From positions 32,001 through 96,000 of IMG/VR virus record IMGVR_UViG_3300001567_000262: 64,000 nt of DNA; one strand, given 5' to 3'. This DNA comes from a virus. Shown piece by piece: positions 47,198-57,600 of this stretch. A model generated the notes under the pieces. It was not told the DNA's origin, made no database searches, and saw only the letters and a program-made list of their open reading frames with translations. Positions within the stretch are counted from its first letter, which is position 1. Each line of letters begins with the position of its first letter. The translations under genes and the position numbers were made by a program.

Positions 47198-49771
47198 TTA
47201 CATTTCTCTTCCAACCGTTAATTTAATACCACCGGGTGGAAACTGCTCCGATGTTTCAATATCACGTATCTCCAATTCCAGCAGTTCGCCCTTTTTGAAT
47301 GATAAAGCTGTATGAAAGAAAAGAGTCACGTTTATTTCATTATCCTGAGCTTCGAGGCGCGCCTCTTTCGGCCCGCTGGCAAGTACAGATGATTTTTCTC
47401 CCGATTCGCCGGTGCGCAATATGTCAATTGCCAGCATCCGTCCGGTCTCCACAAAAAGTGCCATCTGCCCCGCGCCGACTGACGATTTCGGCCTGAGCGT
47501 AACCTTTGCGGATGTCCGCATCAGTTCGAATGCCGGCAGCACCACTTCCACTCCGATGCGTTTTTCAAAAGTCTGTATTTTTGAAATCAGATGCGGGATG
47601 ATAATCTCCTGAAGCGCGGCGCCACCGTGAGAGAACGACTTTTCCGTTTTGAAAAACGACAGGCCCGGGGGAACCGCAATCCACACTTTCTCGTCCCACC
47701 GGCACGGGAAGGAAACAAGCGGCACATCCGCCCCGGCGGGAATCAGCGCGAACCTTTCCTTCAGAACATGACACCATTCCTTTTTACACTCGACTTCGGG
47801 AGGCAGCTTTTCCTCGTCCAGAAGAATGAACCCATGGTCCGTTATCAAATGAACTTCCGGGTAACCCCACTGGTGCAATTTGTGAATCAGTAGAACCAGT
47901 CGTTTCACCTCAAGGCCGACATGGCGAACCAGATTGTCCGCGCTGCCGTGCCCGATATTGTCCAGTTCCTCATGCCCGAACACTACGAGAAGGTCTTTTA
48001 TACCAGATGGTTTCGCAGCCGTGTTCTCTAGGTCTTCAATATCCCGGCAGTCCGCTCCAAATTCAGTCAATAATGATTTTCTGTTTTCAACTGCTGATGT
48101 GTCTTTTCCCTTCAACTTCGGATGAATGCTGTTGTTTTTTATTTCCAAGGACACGGCTGCTCCCTTCTGCGGGAGTAGCGCCGTCATCCCAACGGGCGTA
48201 ACCGTAGGCAACGCGGCTTGCAATGCTTCGATCTCGACATCCTGTCCGAGCAGCATTTCCTTTATTGCATGAGCGCAGTCGTAACGGAGAGCGTCTACGA
48301 TAACGACGGCCCGCTTCCCTCCAGCCGTCCAGATTTTCTCCTCAAGCCGGTCGGTGACATAAGGAATGCCCTCGATATCAGGAGTAGCCTGTCCAGAAAA
48401 TCTTTCAAAGAATCGCTGGTTCAGCAGATTCACATAAGACGCATAAGCGCGGTCGGCGACCTTGCTTATCGTCGGCATCGAACGCTCCATGGCTTCGAAT
48501 CGCAATTTAAGATGCTGCTTGTCCACGAGGGGAGCCTGTTGTATATACAATAAGGCAAACTCAGCGGCGGTATTTCTTTTTTCGATTTCACTCTCTGCTT
48601 TTCCGCAAACCTCAATAAAGCAATCCAGCGCGCCAAGGAGCGACCAAGCGCCAATGGGCGCATTGCTCGCTTTGCTGAATTCCGCTTCCCGGGCTATCCG
48701 TTCCCGATTACGCGCAAAAAATTCCTTCAGAGCGGATATCTTGTCGGCGGCTTCATTGAACGCATCCAGCGTTTTTTGCCAGCGGAGCGATACCAGATGC
48801 GGCAGCCCGAAAGAAACGCCATGTTTATCCGCCGCCCATGCCGAAAGATTGATGTTCGGCTCAACCTCTCTTATCCATCTGTCCCAAGCGGGCCTGCTGT
48901 TTGAATCCCTTAGCCACCGCTGGAGCAGTTGGATGTGATGATCGCGCAGTGCCTGCGCTGGGAGCCGGTTGAGAAATGGGTAATCGGCGGGTTCTCCATA
49001 TCCGATGTAAGTTTCTGTAAGCGCCATAATTTCCACGATGCCGCGAATCCATGCCGCTGGGTCGCCGCCCGCCGCGCCATATCCGTATCGTTCCCGTACC
49101 ATATCGAGGAATTCACCAGACAGGGCTTTTTCATCAAGTGATTGCCACGTCATCTCCGGTGAAACTGCCATGTCCAGAATCGTCTGATCCATGTCACCGA
49201 CGAGACGCGACTGCGCCAGTTCTGGCGTCAGTACGGCGCTCCAGAAATCTTGCGGTCTTTCAATAAACTTTGCCGTATATTTTGCCAGAATGGCATCCGC
49301 GCCGCCGTCGGCGAGTTTTCGTTGGTCCGATTGATTTTCCGGCAGGTTCACACCGGCGAGGCGCAGGAATTTGAAAAGCGTCGGCTTCTTGCCGTCTATG
49401 CGCCACGTCGTGCCGCAGTATTTGTATTCCTCGAGCAGTTCCAGATGATGTGCGCCGTTCTCATCAGGCGAGTCGAGACGTTCTTCGGAGAGCGGCATAT
49501 AAAAAACATAGCGGCGTTTTTTTCGTTGTTTTTCAGAAAGCTGTGCAAGATCGGCAAACACAGAGTGCTTGAGCCAAATCTGGCCCCGCTGTTGTTCCGG
49601 GTCGTATTCAAGGAGAATGAAAGGAGGCGACTTCATCTCGAAAAGGCATTTTCTCAATGCAGGCAAAAGCCGCGCGAATTCTTTTTTCTCATCAAACCAC
49701 AGGCACACTTGCGCTCGTTTCTCATATTGGAATCGCTGGGTGAATTGGCCGATGAGCGCTTCGAGAATCAT
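47198..49771 (-). CDS. pglZ: BREX PglZ alkaline-phosphatase-superfamily protein
   Basis: VVIVDALRYD, LPTVTPVGM, ITDHGF, FSHGG motifs; operon position. Confidence 0.92.
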   Translation of the reverse strand: MILEALIGQFTQRFQYEKRAQVCLWFDEKKEFARLLPALRKCLFEMKSPPFILLEYDPEQQRGQIWLKHSVFADLAQLSEKQRKKRRYVFYMPLSEERLDSPDENGAHHLELLEEYKYCGTTWRIDGKKPTLFKFLRLAGVNLPENQSDQRKLADGGADAILAKYTAKFIERPQDFWSAVLTPELAQSRLVGDMDQTILDMAVSPEMTWQSLDEKALSGEFLDMVRERYGYGAAGGDPAAWIRGIVEIMALTETYIGYGEPADYPFLNRLPAQALRDHHIQLLQRWLRDSNSRPAWDRWIREVEPNINLSAWAADKHGVSFGLPHLVSLRWQKTLDAFNEAADKISALKEFFARNRERIAREAEFSKASNAPIGAWSLLGALDCFIEVCGKAESEIEKRNTAAEFALLYIQQAPLVDKQHLKLRFEAMERSMPTISKVADRAYASYVNLLNQRFFERFSGQATPDIEGIPYVTDRLEEKIWTAGGKRAVVIVDALRYDCAHAIKEMLLGQDVEIEALQAALPTVTPVGMTALLPQKGAAVSLEIKNNSIHPKLKGKDTSAVENRKSLLTEFGADCRDIEDLENTAAKPSGIKDLLVVFGHEELDNIGHGSADNLVRHVGLEVKRLVLLIHKLHQWGYPEVHLITDHGFILLDEEKLPPEVECKKEWCHVLKERFALIPAGADVPLVSFPCRWDEKVWIAVPPGLSFFKTEKSFSHGGAALQEIIIPHLISKIQTFEKRIGVEVVLPAFELMRTSAKVTLRPKSSVGAGQMALFVETGRMLAIDILRTGESGEKSSVLASGPKEARLEAQDNEINVTLFFHTALSFKKGELLELEIRDIETSEQFPPGGIKLTVGREM

Positions 49772-51664
49772 TCATACCACCTTTGCGATGCGAAGCACTC
49801 CGGCCTTCTGGAGAGGTTCGATGTTCACTTTGACGCCGTCGTTGATGTCGGGGTCCCAGCCTTTGGGTCGTTCCTTCGGCGATTTCCAAGGCGTCAGGAT
49901 GCGGAAATCTTTGTCCCCGCCTTCCTTGCCCTCGCGGCGGCCTTCCTGTACCGCTTCGAGCAATCGGTCGAGTTCTTGTGTCTCTTCGAGCCTTGCCTGC
50001 CAATCAATGCGGTCCGCCTCCCTGTTTTCTTTTGCCGCCATCGCGGCCTCGCGCCGCATCAAATCAATCGCGTCCCGCAGATAGCTGCCCCGCAACTTCG
50101 CGAGTCGGTTTGCATCGAACTTGTGATAGTGAACCAGCGCCCCGAACGCCGCTTCGCCTTTGTTCTGCCTGCTCGCGATGTGCCATATTATCGGGCGATT
50201 CTTGTATAAAGAAGCGTGATATTCGAAATACACTTCTTCCAGCCATTGCCGGATGCTCTCCACGGATTTGTATCCCTTTACCCTGTTCTTGAGTTCATTG
50301 ACGATCTCGATTTCAACCTGATTTATGTCGCGTCCGAGAAACAGTAACGCAAGTTCTTTATGAACTCGGTCTATCAGTGCGGTTTCGCCGGATACTGCCA
50401 TGAACGGCACGATGCCGTCTTCGTCTTCATCTACCACGCGCTTGACGATATACGATAACAGCCGCCACACGTGTTCCATGCGTTTCTGTTCCGCACTCTT
50501 TCCTTCCATCTGCGGCCAGATCAGTTCCGGCGGCTGCGTTCCCATGATCTCTTCGATCTCTGCTCGCTTTTTGTCCGGGATGCCATACAGATGATACGCA
50601 TCATCGTTCAGTTCAGCATAAAGTTTCTGAATTCTTAAATCCTCGGCGCTCTCTAACTCTAAGAGCTTATCGAGTCTTTCCGGTATACACATTCCACTTT
50701 CAATAATGCTCTCTCTCAGTATCCAAGTCTTATCAAAATGTGTCGAGATTTCGTTTCCGTTATCCCAAGCGGATTTTGCGTCGAAGATAAGTTTTGCTCT
50801 ATTCTCAATACTCTCTCGTTTGTTTGCTGAGGGTTTCGGAATAGGAACTTTTTTTATCATTCCAACTTCGTATTTACCAAATGTTGAAAAGAAGCCCAGC
50901 ATGAAAAGAAAAATATGGCTCGAAAAAATCCCGAGCAAAAAGAATTGATCTGATTCGTTCAATGGGAAAAATGAGTGCCCTACATGTCCATGAATCCCGG
51001 TTCCGGGCAGTATTCTTGGGCTAAAACCTCGTTGTGAGCGGTATGACCAAGTCAGTCCAGGTTTGAAATAATGTTCAAGACTTGGCAAAGCATTTCCTGA
51101 AGCTTTTAGAGCATCTCTATTCTCTGGTCGCCAATCAATTACCAAATCAATATCTGAGTAAAACCTACAAAACTCTCCACCTTTTGCGAATGAAACCCAA
51201 CCTGTATTTTGCACAACTTCCCAATACTGTCTTACCCATTTCGGATCGTCTCCTGTCGCTTTTCCCTGTCTCGCAAAACCCCAAGTTGGATCAGAAGCGG
51301 GATGTTCTCTAAAAATGTGTGATACAAGTGCAATACGACGATAAGAGAGTGGCGATCCTTCTATTGATAAGAAGTCGCGGCGTGCTACATCGAAACGTAC
51401 TTTTTCTGCGTCATTTCTTATAGCTTGTACAAACATATTATTACGACGATCAGATTGTTTTTTTGCTGGTTTATAGCGTTCCACATCGAAGAAAGCAGCC
51501 TTCTCGCCCTCCGTAACAACATAATATGCCCGCTCGGCCTGTTCCGGTGTTGTTTCGATGCCCTCTCGTGCCTGTGTAGCCTGAATGGTGGAAACCATAA
51601 GTTTCCGTCGCAGGTCAGGATCGGCAAGGATAGCTTTTATGTTGACTCTTTTATTCTTCGCCAA
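49772..51664 (-). CDS. pglX: PglX C-terminal half (target-recognition region) with a fused N-terminal VbhA-like antitoxin segment
   Basis: FAKGGEFCRFY, YFKPGLTWS, RPIIWH, DINDGVKVNI are PglX C-terminal motifs. The first ~54 aa contain TQAREG. Same reading frame as the N-terminal half. Confidence 0.8.
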   Translation of the reverse strand: MAKNKRVNIKAILADPDLRRKLMVSTIQATQAREGIETTPEQAERAYYVVTEGEKAAFFDVERYKPAKKQSDRRNNMFVQAIRNDAEKVRFDVARRDFLSIEGSPLSYRRIALVSHIFREHPASDPTWGFARQGKATGDDPKWVRQYWEVVQNTGWVSFAKGGEFCRFYSDIDLVIDWRPENRDALKASGNALPSLEHYFKPGLTWSYRSQRGFSPRILPGTGIHGHVGHSFFPLNESDQFFLLGIFSSHIFLFMLGFFSTFGKYEVGMIKKVPIPKPSANKRESIENRAKLIFDAKSAWDNGNEISTHFDKTWILRESIIESGMCIPERLDKLLELESAEDLRIQKLYAELNDDAYHLYGIPDKKRAEIEEIMGTQPPELIWPQMEGKSAEQKRMEHVWRLLSYIVKRVVDEDEDGIVPFMAVSGETALIDRVHKELALLFLGRDINQVEIEIVNELKNRVKGYKSVESIRQWLEEVYFEYHASLYKNRPIIWHIASRQNKGEAAFGALVHYHKFDANRLAKLRGSYLRDAIDLMRREAAMAAKENREADRIDWQARLEETQELDRLLEAVQEGRREGKEGGDKDFRILTPWKSPKERPKGWDPDINDGVKVNIEPLQKAGVLRIAKVV

Positions 51665-51665
51665 G

Positions 51666-52520
51666 TTAAGATGTCTCCCAGCTTTCGATAGCTTCTTCTT
51701 CCCATGTTCTGATGAACGCGGCGAGCGGCGCGTAGTCTTTGTGGATGCGTCCTCTTTCGCAAGCTTCGTAATACGCCTCTTCGTCTCGTCGGCGATTGTA
51801 CTGATTCAGCGGCAACAGATCATTCTGCATGAGCAGCAGATTGCAGATAATGAACGCCGCCCGGCCATTGCCCTCGCGGAACGGATGGATGGCTATGAAT
51901 TCGTTCATTGCCTCGCTCACATAGTCATACAGTGCGCCATCATCATCTGAAATAAAAGGTGAGCGCGAAAGAACATTCGCTTCGTATTCCTCCATCAACG
52001 GTTGGATGCCACAGGAAGGAAGCGGCCATTTTGTCGGACCGTCGCCTTTATGCAGGTCCACCGTGCGCCATCCTCCGGCAAATGGATAAATGAACCCCAT
52101 TAGTTCGTGGTGTATCTGTCGGATGAGTTCTAATGTCAGTGGAGCCGGATCGGGTTTGTCGAGCAGATTTTCAACAAACTCCATCGCACGACGGACGCCC
52201 TCATCCTCTCGGCGATTTATCTCCTCGCGGTCGAGACACCCGGCATAATTGAGGCACAAGCCATCTCCGGTCTGAATCCATTCCCAGCTTCTTGCGTAGT
52301 TGTTCCACGGATTAACGACGATGGCGGGCGATTTCTGCTCGGGGAACAGACCACACAGTTCATCGAGACGCTTTTTTTCAAGTTTGCGCTGGGCAGGCGG
52401 GACCACATAGAACGATCCGGGTGCGGCGGCCTGATAGAACTCCTGCGCGTTGCGTCCCTTTCCGCTCTGGAAGCGGAAACCGTAGTCCTTTTCCTCCCAC
52501 CGCCAGCGAATGCCGCTCAT
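51666..52520 (-). CDS. Fic/Doc-family protein inserted within pglX
   Basis: HPFREGNGRAAF (last Arg replaced by Phe), LNYAGCLDREEINRRE class I-like N-terminal motif, IRQIHHELM..IYPFAGGWR; GGAGG RBS, ATGA overlap. Confidence 0.88.
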   Translation of the reverse strand: MSGIRWRWEEKDYGFRFQSGKGRNAQEFYQAAAPGSFYVVPPAQRKLEKKRLDELCGLFPEQKSPAIVVNPWNNYARSWEWIQTGDGLCLNYAGCLDREEINRREDEGVRRAMEFVENLLDKPDPAPLTLELIRQIHHELMGFIYPFAGGWRTVDLHKGDGPTKWPLPSCGIQPLMEEYEANVLSRSPFISDDDGALYDYVSEAMNEFIAIHPFREGNGRAAFIICNLLLMQNDLLPLNQYNRRRDEEAYYEACERGRIHKDYAPLAAFIRTWEEEAIESWETS

Positions 52521-54604
52521 ATCGTGCCTCCCTTGAGGACGATTGCGGCTGTTTCAACGGTTGCGCCGTCCAATATGCCGAAACCGAGATCGAGCATGAC
52601 CAGAAGCGGGTTGCGCTTGAGCAGTATTTCAGTTCGAAGCTTCTCGAACGTGGTTAGCGTGACGAAAGTTGATGACACCAGAGCTCCGACATAACCGTAT
52701 GGTTCTATAAGTTGTGTGGCGCGATCTATGAAGGCGGCATAAATGTCGTTATATGAAAGCGGATATAATTTCCTGATCAGTTCTCTTATCTTCGGCACGA
52801 AGCTGCCGTAAGGAGGATTCATGACGATTGCGTCGAAGCGATGAGAGAGGATGTCGAGGAGTTTGAGACCACGAGCGGTGTCTTCGTAAAAAAGGCGACT
52901 CGCCGGGTCTTTGCCGTTCGTGGTCGCGGCATTTTCCACGGCTGCTAACAATTCATTCTTCAATTCCTCTGCTTCCTGTTGCATCAGCCTGCGCTCGAGG
53001 ACAAGCTGCTCGGCGACGGCGCGGTCGCCCTCTGCGACGATGGATTCAAGGTCAAGCTGTTTCAGTTTTCTTTCATCGAACAGCTTTGTCATTCCCTTTG
53101 CGCGGCCTCGCTCCTCGATCCAGTCGTCGAGTACACGGGACACGCTCTCCGAGACTTGGACGAGTGCGCCGAGTTCTCCAGTGTACTGAAGGTTTTCCCA
53201 GAGCGTTTTAATGAGTCGTTCCTGAAGCTTCGAATCGCCGAATTTTTTATTGAGATTTTCGATTAGGTGCGTGAGTTGTTCCTGCCCGAGGTCAACTGTA
53301 TTCGCAACAACGAGGTTAGTGCGACGAACATGGACATCTTCAGGTGAAAAGCCGTGCTGGCGGGCCGATTCCTTTGCCGTCAGCAGCAGAGACAGAGTGG
53401 CGATTTGGATAGCACGGGGGTCTATGTCTATTCCAAATATATTGTTTTCGATAATTGCGGCCGGGATATCCTTTTTATTTTTCACGGACGGCTCGCTGGG
53501 CCAGCCTTCTTTTCCGGCGTTCTCGATTTCATCGAGGTACATTTGGTAAAACAATCCGAACGCGTATTGCCCGAAGTGCATAGTTCCGCATGCGGGATCA
53601 AGGAGAGCTATATCTCGCGCGAGTTTGAATGTTTCGATCCGGCCTTCCTCGGTGACACGCTGGTATCGGATTTTCTCGCCGGTACGCGGAACAAGATAGT
53701 CGGCAACGGGCTCGTCCGATACGCGTTCATCCGGTAGCGGTGGTGGACCTTGCGGCTTCAGAGATGAATCAGGATGCATCTGGAGCCAGAGACGGCCGAG
53801 AGTATTGTCCACCAGCGTTTTCACGACCCAAGACGGAGTATAGAACTGGTTGATAACGGAAAGCTCATAGGAACTCCGAGGGGTACCCTTGTTTTCATCG
53901 CGCACTTTCTTTTTCTCGTCGCGATTGAAAAACTGATAGACCCAGCCAAGAAAATCAACAGCCTTGAAAGCGTCTTCCGGCAACTCGCTGTTGAGCAAGC
54001 CGATGACTTTCACAAGGCAGGCATGGGTCGGCCAGACGCAGGCATATTCATGTTCGGGGTCGAAAAGGATGCGAATTTCCGTTGTGATATGGCGGAATGC
54101 GGCGGTGAGCGCATCTCGCAGGAGCGATTCTTCGGCGTCCTGTTCGTACTTGTATCGTTCGCCACCGGCTTCCCTGAAATCGCGCAGATATCGGGAACGC
54201 GCCTGATCTGATATCGGAGTGATTATTTCCGTCAGTTCACTTTCCGCGCCCGATTTCCCCGGCGTTGGGAGAAAAAGCAATTTGCGCGCTTCCATGCTTT
54301 TGAGTCCTACGAGGCGATTCAGCAGAGTGTATGTGAGTTCGCGGATAACATTGTCCCACCCGCGCTGTGGGGTGCCTTCCGCGAGAGTGTCGCGGTTAAG
54401 CAGAGCTTCCACGCGCTCCCGCACGGCTTTGTCTGCATCGGACAGAGGCATTTTATCGAGCGGCTGATGTTTCCCGTCCGGTCGCAGACCAAGGCGCCTT
54501 AGCTGCGCGGTGAAATCCGTCTCAAGTTCCTTGCGGAGCTTGGGAACCCAGGACTTGACCGCTTCCTTGTGAGTATCTGAAAGTGATTTACGTTCGATAT
54601 TCAC
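52517..54604 (-). CDS. pglX: PglX N-terminal half (adenine methyltransferase motifs I and IV)
   Basis: GWVYQFF, QFYTPSWVV, LLDPACGTMHF, FGIDID, VMNPPY; stops just after the ..VETAAIVLKG segment; GTGA overlap with brxC. Confidence 0.88.
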   Translation of the reverse strand: MNIERKSLSDTHKEAVKSWVPKLRKELETDFTAQLRRLGLRPDGKHQPLDKMPLSDADKAVRERVEALLNRDTLAEGTPQRGWDNVIRELTYTLLNRLVGLKSMEARKLLFLPTPGKSGAESELTEIITPISDQARSRYLRDFREAGGERYKYEQDAEESLLRDALTAAFRHITTEIRILFDPEHEYACVWPTHACLVKVIGLLNSELPEDAFKAVDFLGWVYQFFNRDEKKKVRDENKGTPRSSYELSVINQFYTPSWVVKTLVDNTLGRLWLQMHPDSSLKPQGPPPLPDERVSDEPVADYLVPRTGEKIRYQRVTEEGRIETFKLARDIALLDPACGTMHFGQYAFGLFYQMYLDEIENAGKEGWPSEPSVKNKKDIPAAIIENNIFGIDIDPRAIQIATLSLLLTAKESARQHGFSPEDVHVRRTNLVVANTVDLGQEQLTHLIENLNKKFGDSKLQERLIKTLWENLQYTGELGALVQVSESVSRVLDDWIEERGRAKGMTKLFDERKLKQLDLESIVAEGDRAVAEQLVLERRLMQQEAEELKNELLAAVENAATTNGKDPASRLFYEDTARGLKLLDILSHRFDAIVMNPPYGSFVPKIRELIRKLYPLSYNDIYAAFIDRATQLIEPYGYVGALVSSTFVTLTTFEKLRTEILLKRNPLLVMLDLGFGILDGATVETAAIVLKGGTI

Positions 54605-57600
54605 TTAATTACCACCGTGAATCCTTTTCGAATTCTCGTTTTGAGCTGCTCGCCGATGACGGAGAGTGTCTGATCCACATCGGCTTCGGTTTTCAGCCGT
54701 TTTCCCGCAAGTTCCTGAGACGGCTGCCAGTCGCAAACTTTTTCTGCTTCACCTGTCTTCGTGGGAGCGGCAAGGCCGATCAGTTCGGTTTCGACCTGGC
54801 CGCGATAACCGGGCAAAGCCATCAGAGTCTGGGCAAGAGAAGTCAGGCTACTCTTTGCGGCGGCAGCGAGAAGCGTTTCCGCTGAACTTAGAGGAATTTC
54901 CGGATAGTTGCACGGCCCGCCGGGACCGAAGACCTTTTCAAGGACGGCATCGCGGCTTTCAGCGGGGGCATTTTTGTAGGCACTCCCACCTTTTATCGTA
55001 TTTATAAGATTTTCAATCTCGGTCTGCACCTTTTTGTATGCATCTTTGTAAGCGCCCCGGTAAGCGCCAAGCGCAGTTTCGTACGCGGCCCTGTAATCCG
55101 GCCAGCGATCAACAACCGATTTGTCACCGATGATCGCATCCATATCCTTCAGCGCCTGTCCGAGTCTCGTGCTTTCGGGATTGTCGGCGGGAATCGGATG
55201 ATTTGCGGCAAGATTTGCGAGTTTGCGGGATGCGAAATAAGCCTGATGCCGGTTGTCGTCAAGGAAGGCGCGAATCGCGGACATGGCCTTCTGGAAGCTC
55301 TTCCATTCCGCGGCTCTCGACAGGAAGGCCGTCACCGCTTTTGTCGGGTCTTTGATCGTTACAGGTTCATCGAGCGCGGCGCCTGCATCCAATACGATGT
55401 CAGAAATGGGAATTCCCATTTCCGCTCTGCTTTTTGCATCCTGTAGGTCAGATTTTAGTTTTTCACCGAGTTTTCTTACGGCGGATGCGATTGCATTGCC
55501 GGACTCCGGGATGCCGTTCATTCCCAAGGCGATGAGTTCCTTGCTTGCCAGCTTAATCTGCTCCACGGAGAGACTGATTTCGGCCAGTCGGAACGTGACT
55601 TTCTTGAAAGTGTTTATTTTCTGGAAGTTGTCGTTCGTGCCTTTGTAATCGTAAACAGGGGTCGGCCCACCCGGAGATTGCTGCTCCATATAAACCGCAC
55701 CGGCCCTGAAACAGGCAGCGAGCACAATACGAAGAATTTCATCCGGCCAGCCGAACGGCGCGCGGGAAAAACCTTTGAATCCCTTACGGTCATTTGCATC
55801 CATGAGCGCGACGCCGGTGGGATCAATGTCTTCGTCTTCGAGGTCTTTCAGAACTTCGAGCACCTGAGCTACCAAATCTGACTGCTGCTGTAGATTTCCC
55901 TGAGAATCAAACAATCCCAGATCTGGCGCGACCTTATCGAGCGCGGTTGTCGCAGGGTTGAGAATGGCTTTGATGCTTTTATCAAAGTCATAAGATTTAT
56001 CGGCAATGCTGAACCGAGGATAAACATTTGGAATAACCGAAGTTAGCGCGGTTTGAACAGGCTCCTTGAAATCGGTGGCTCTTTCTAATTCATTTTCCAA
56101 GCCGCCGTAGTAAACCGTTCCTTTAAGAAATGCCTGTTCCAAATCCTTAACAAGCGATGTTTTCAGATCATCCCGTTCCTTGCGTTTTTCAGCAAGCGCA
56201 TCCTGCGTGGATTTCGAAGTATCCTCTGTGAATCGCTTATCTCCACACACTTTCACGAGGGCTTCATATCGTTTGAATCTCAGTTCGAGATTATCGGGGA
56301 CATCGGCAACCCACCATACCTTGCGCCCCTTAGCGCTGTCGGCCTGATTGCGCCGTTTGATTTCTTCGATCTCCTGTTTTCTGCCGGACATGAGCGGGCT
56401 GACGAAACAAACTTCGATTTCAGACCCGGTTTCAATTGCCTCGCCATCGAGATAAACACCATAGGAAAATGGAACTTTCGTTATGCCGTATGGAACCGTG
56501 AAATTCAGAAGTTTTTTCTTCGTTGTCAGTTCCATCTTGGTGATTTCCTGAGATGTTCTGCGGACGGCAGCGATACTGATGCTCTTCGAACCACCGGAAC
56601 GAACCATTTCCTGAATATACTGCTCGATAGTGCGCTCCTGTTCGTCCAGGTATTTCCATTCTCCGGTTGCTTCGTCGCGAGCTACATAACCCGCTTCCTG
56701 AAGCTTGCCCAATGTCTTTTCCACATTCTCTCGTAATTGCGGGATATCCGTTTTGAAATCGGTCACAAGCAACTTTGCAATCGTTTCGGAGATTCTTGGG
56801 ACCCATGGAACCCGCTGTAACAACCATAGCACTTTCAGCACTTTCGCCGGGTCAATCGGAGTTCCGGTCACGCGCTCATCAGATTCCCGAATAGACCGTA
56901 CACCCGCGGCGCCGAGATATTCTTGGGACAAAAGATCATTTTCAACAGCGTCGAATATCATGTCGAAGCTCACAACGGCGCCCACTTCGGAGTCTGCGAT
57001 TTCCTGCAAGGATGTCATGACGACGGAAATCATGGAGCGCACACCGCCGGACAGCCGGAAGCCGGACAATGCTTCGAAGATATCCTGAGAAAGCCGTATC
57101 TGGTGCGGCAGAAGCGGATAGCAATCGATGAACGCCCGTTCATCCACAGTGCCGAGAAATCTGCTTGCTTTCAGATCAGCAAGCTGTGAAATATATCCTT
57201 CATTGTCCAGATACAACTTTTTTAATTGCGGCTCTTGCGCCGGATATTTTTTTAGAATCCTCTCCGATACAACTTTATTGATTTCATCCGAAATGAGATG
57301 AGGCTTTAGTTCGAATCTCGCATTAAGGCGTCCGATAAGAGCCGGTTGGAAGTTTGTCCTGTCGACGACTTTTTCCAAGTCCTGCTGGCTGGTTACAAAT
57401 AGCCAGACTTTACCTTTCCCTTTGTTTCCTATCATTTCCGCGATACTGTTTAGCTCGCTGATTTTCTCGTTCGAGTCGCCGATAAATGTTCCCATTTCGT
57501 CGATTACGAAAATCAAGTGCTGAACTTTTCCGCCGGTTGTTTTTTGTGCATCAACCCATGAAACGAGTTCATCCGCGAGGCTCTCGGCTGTGAGCTTTGC

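Noticed and set aside
51490-52530. Self-splicing intron or excisable element restoring full-length pglX (halves are in the same frame)
   Set aside because: No intron structure, intein motifs, recombinase or convincing terminal repeats (only a shared GGAGG); PglX-C has its own start coupled to the Fic stop.
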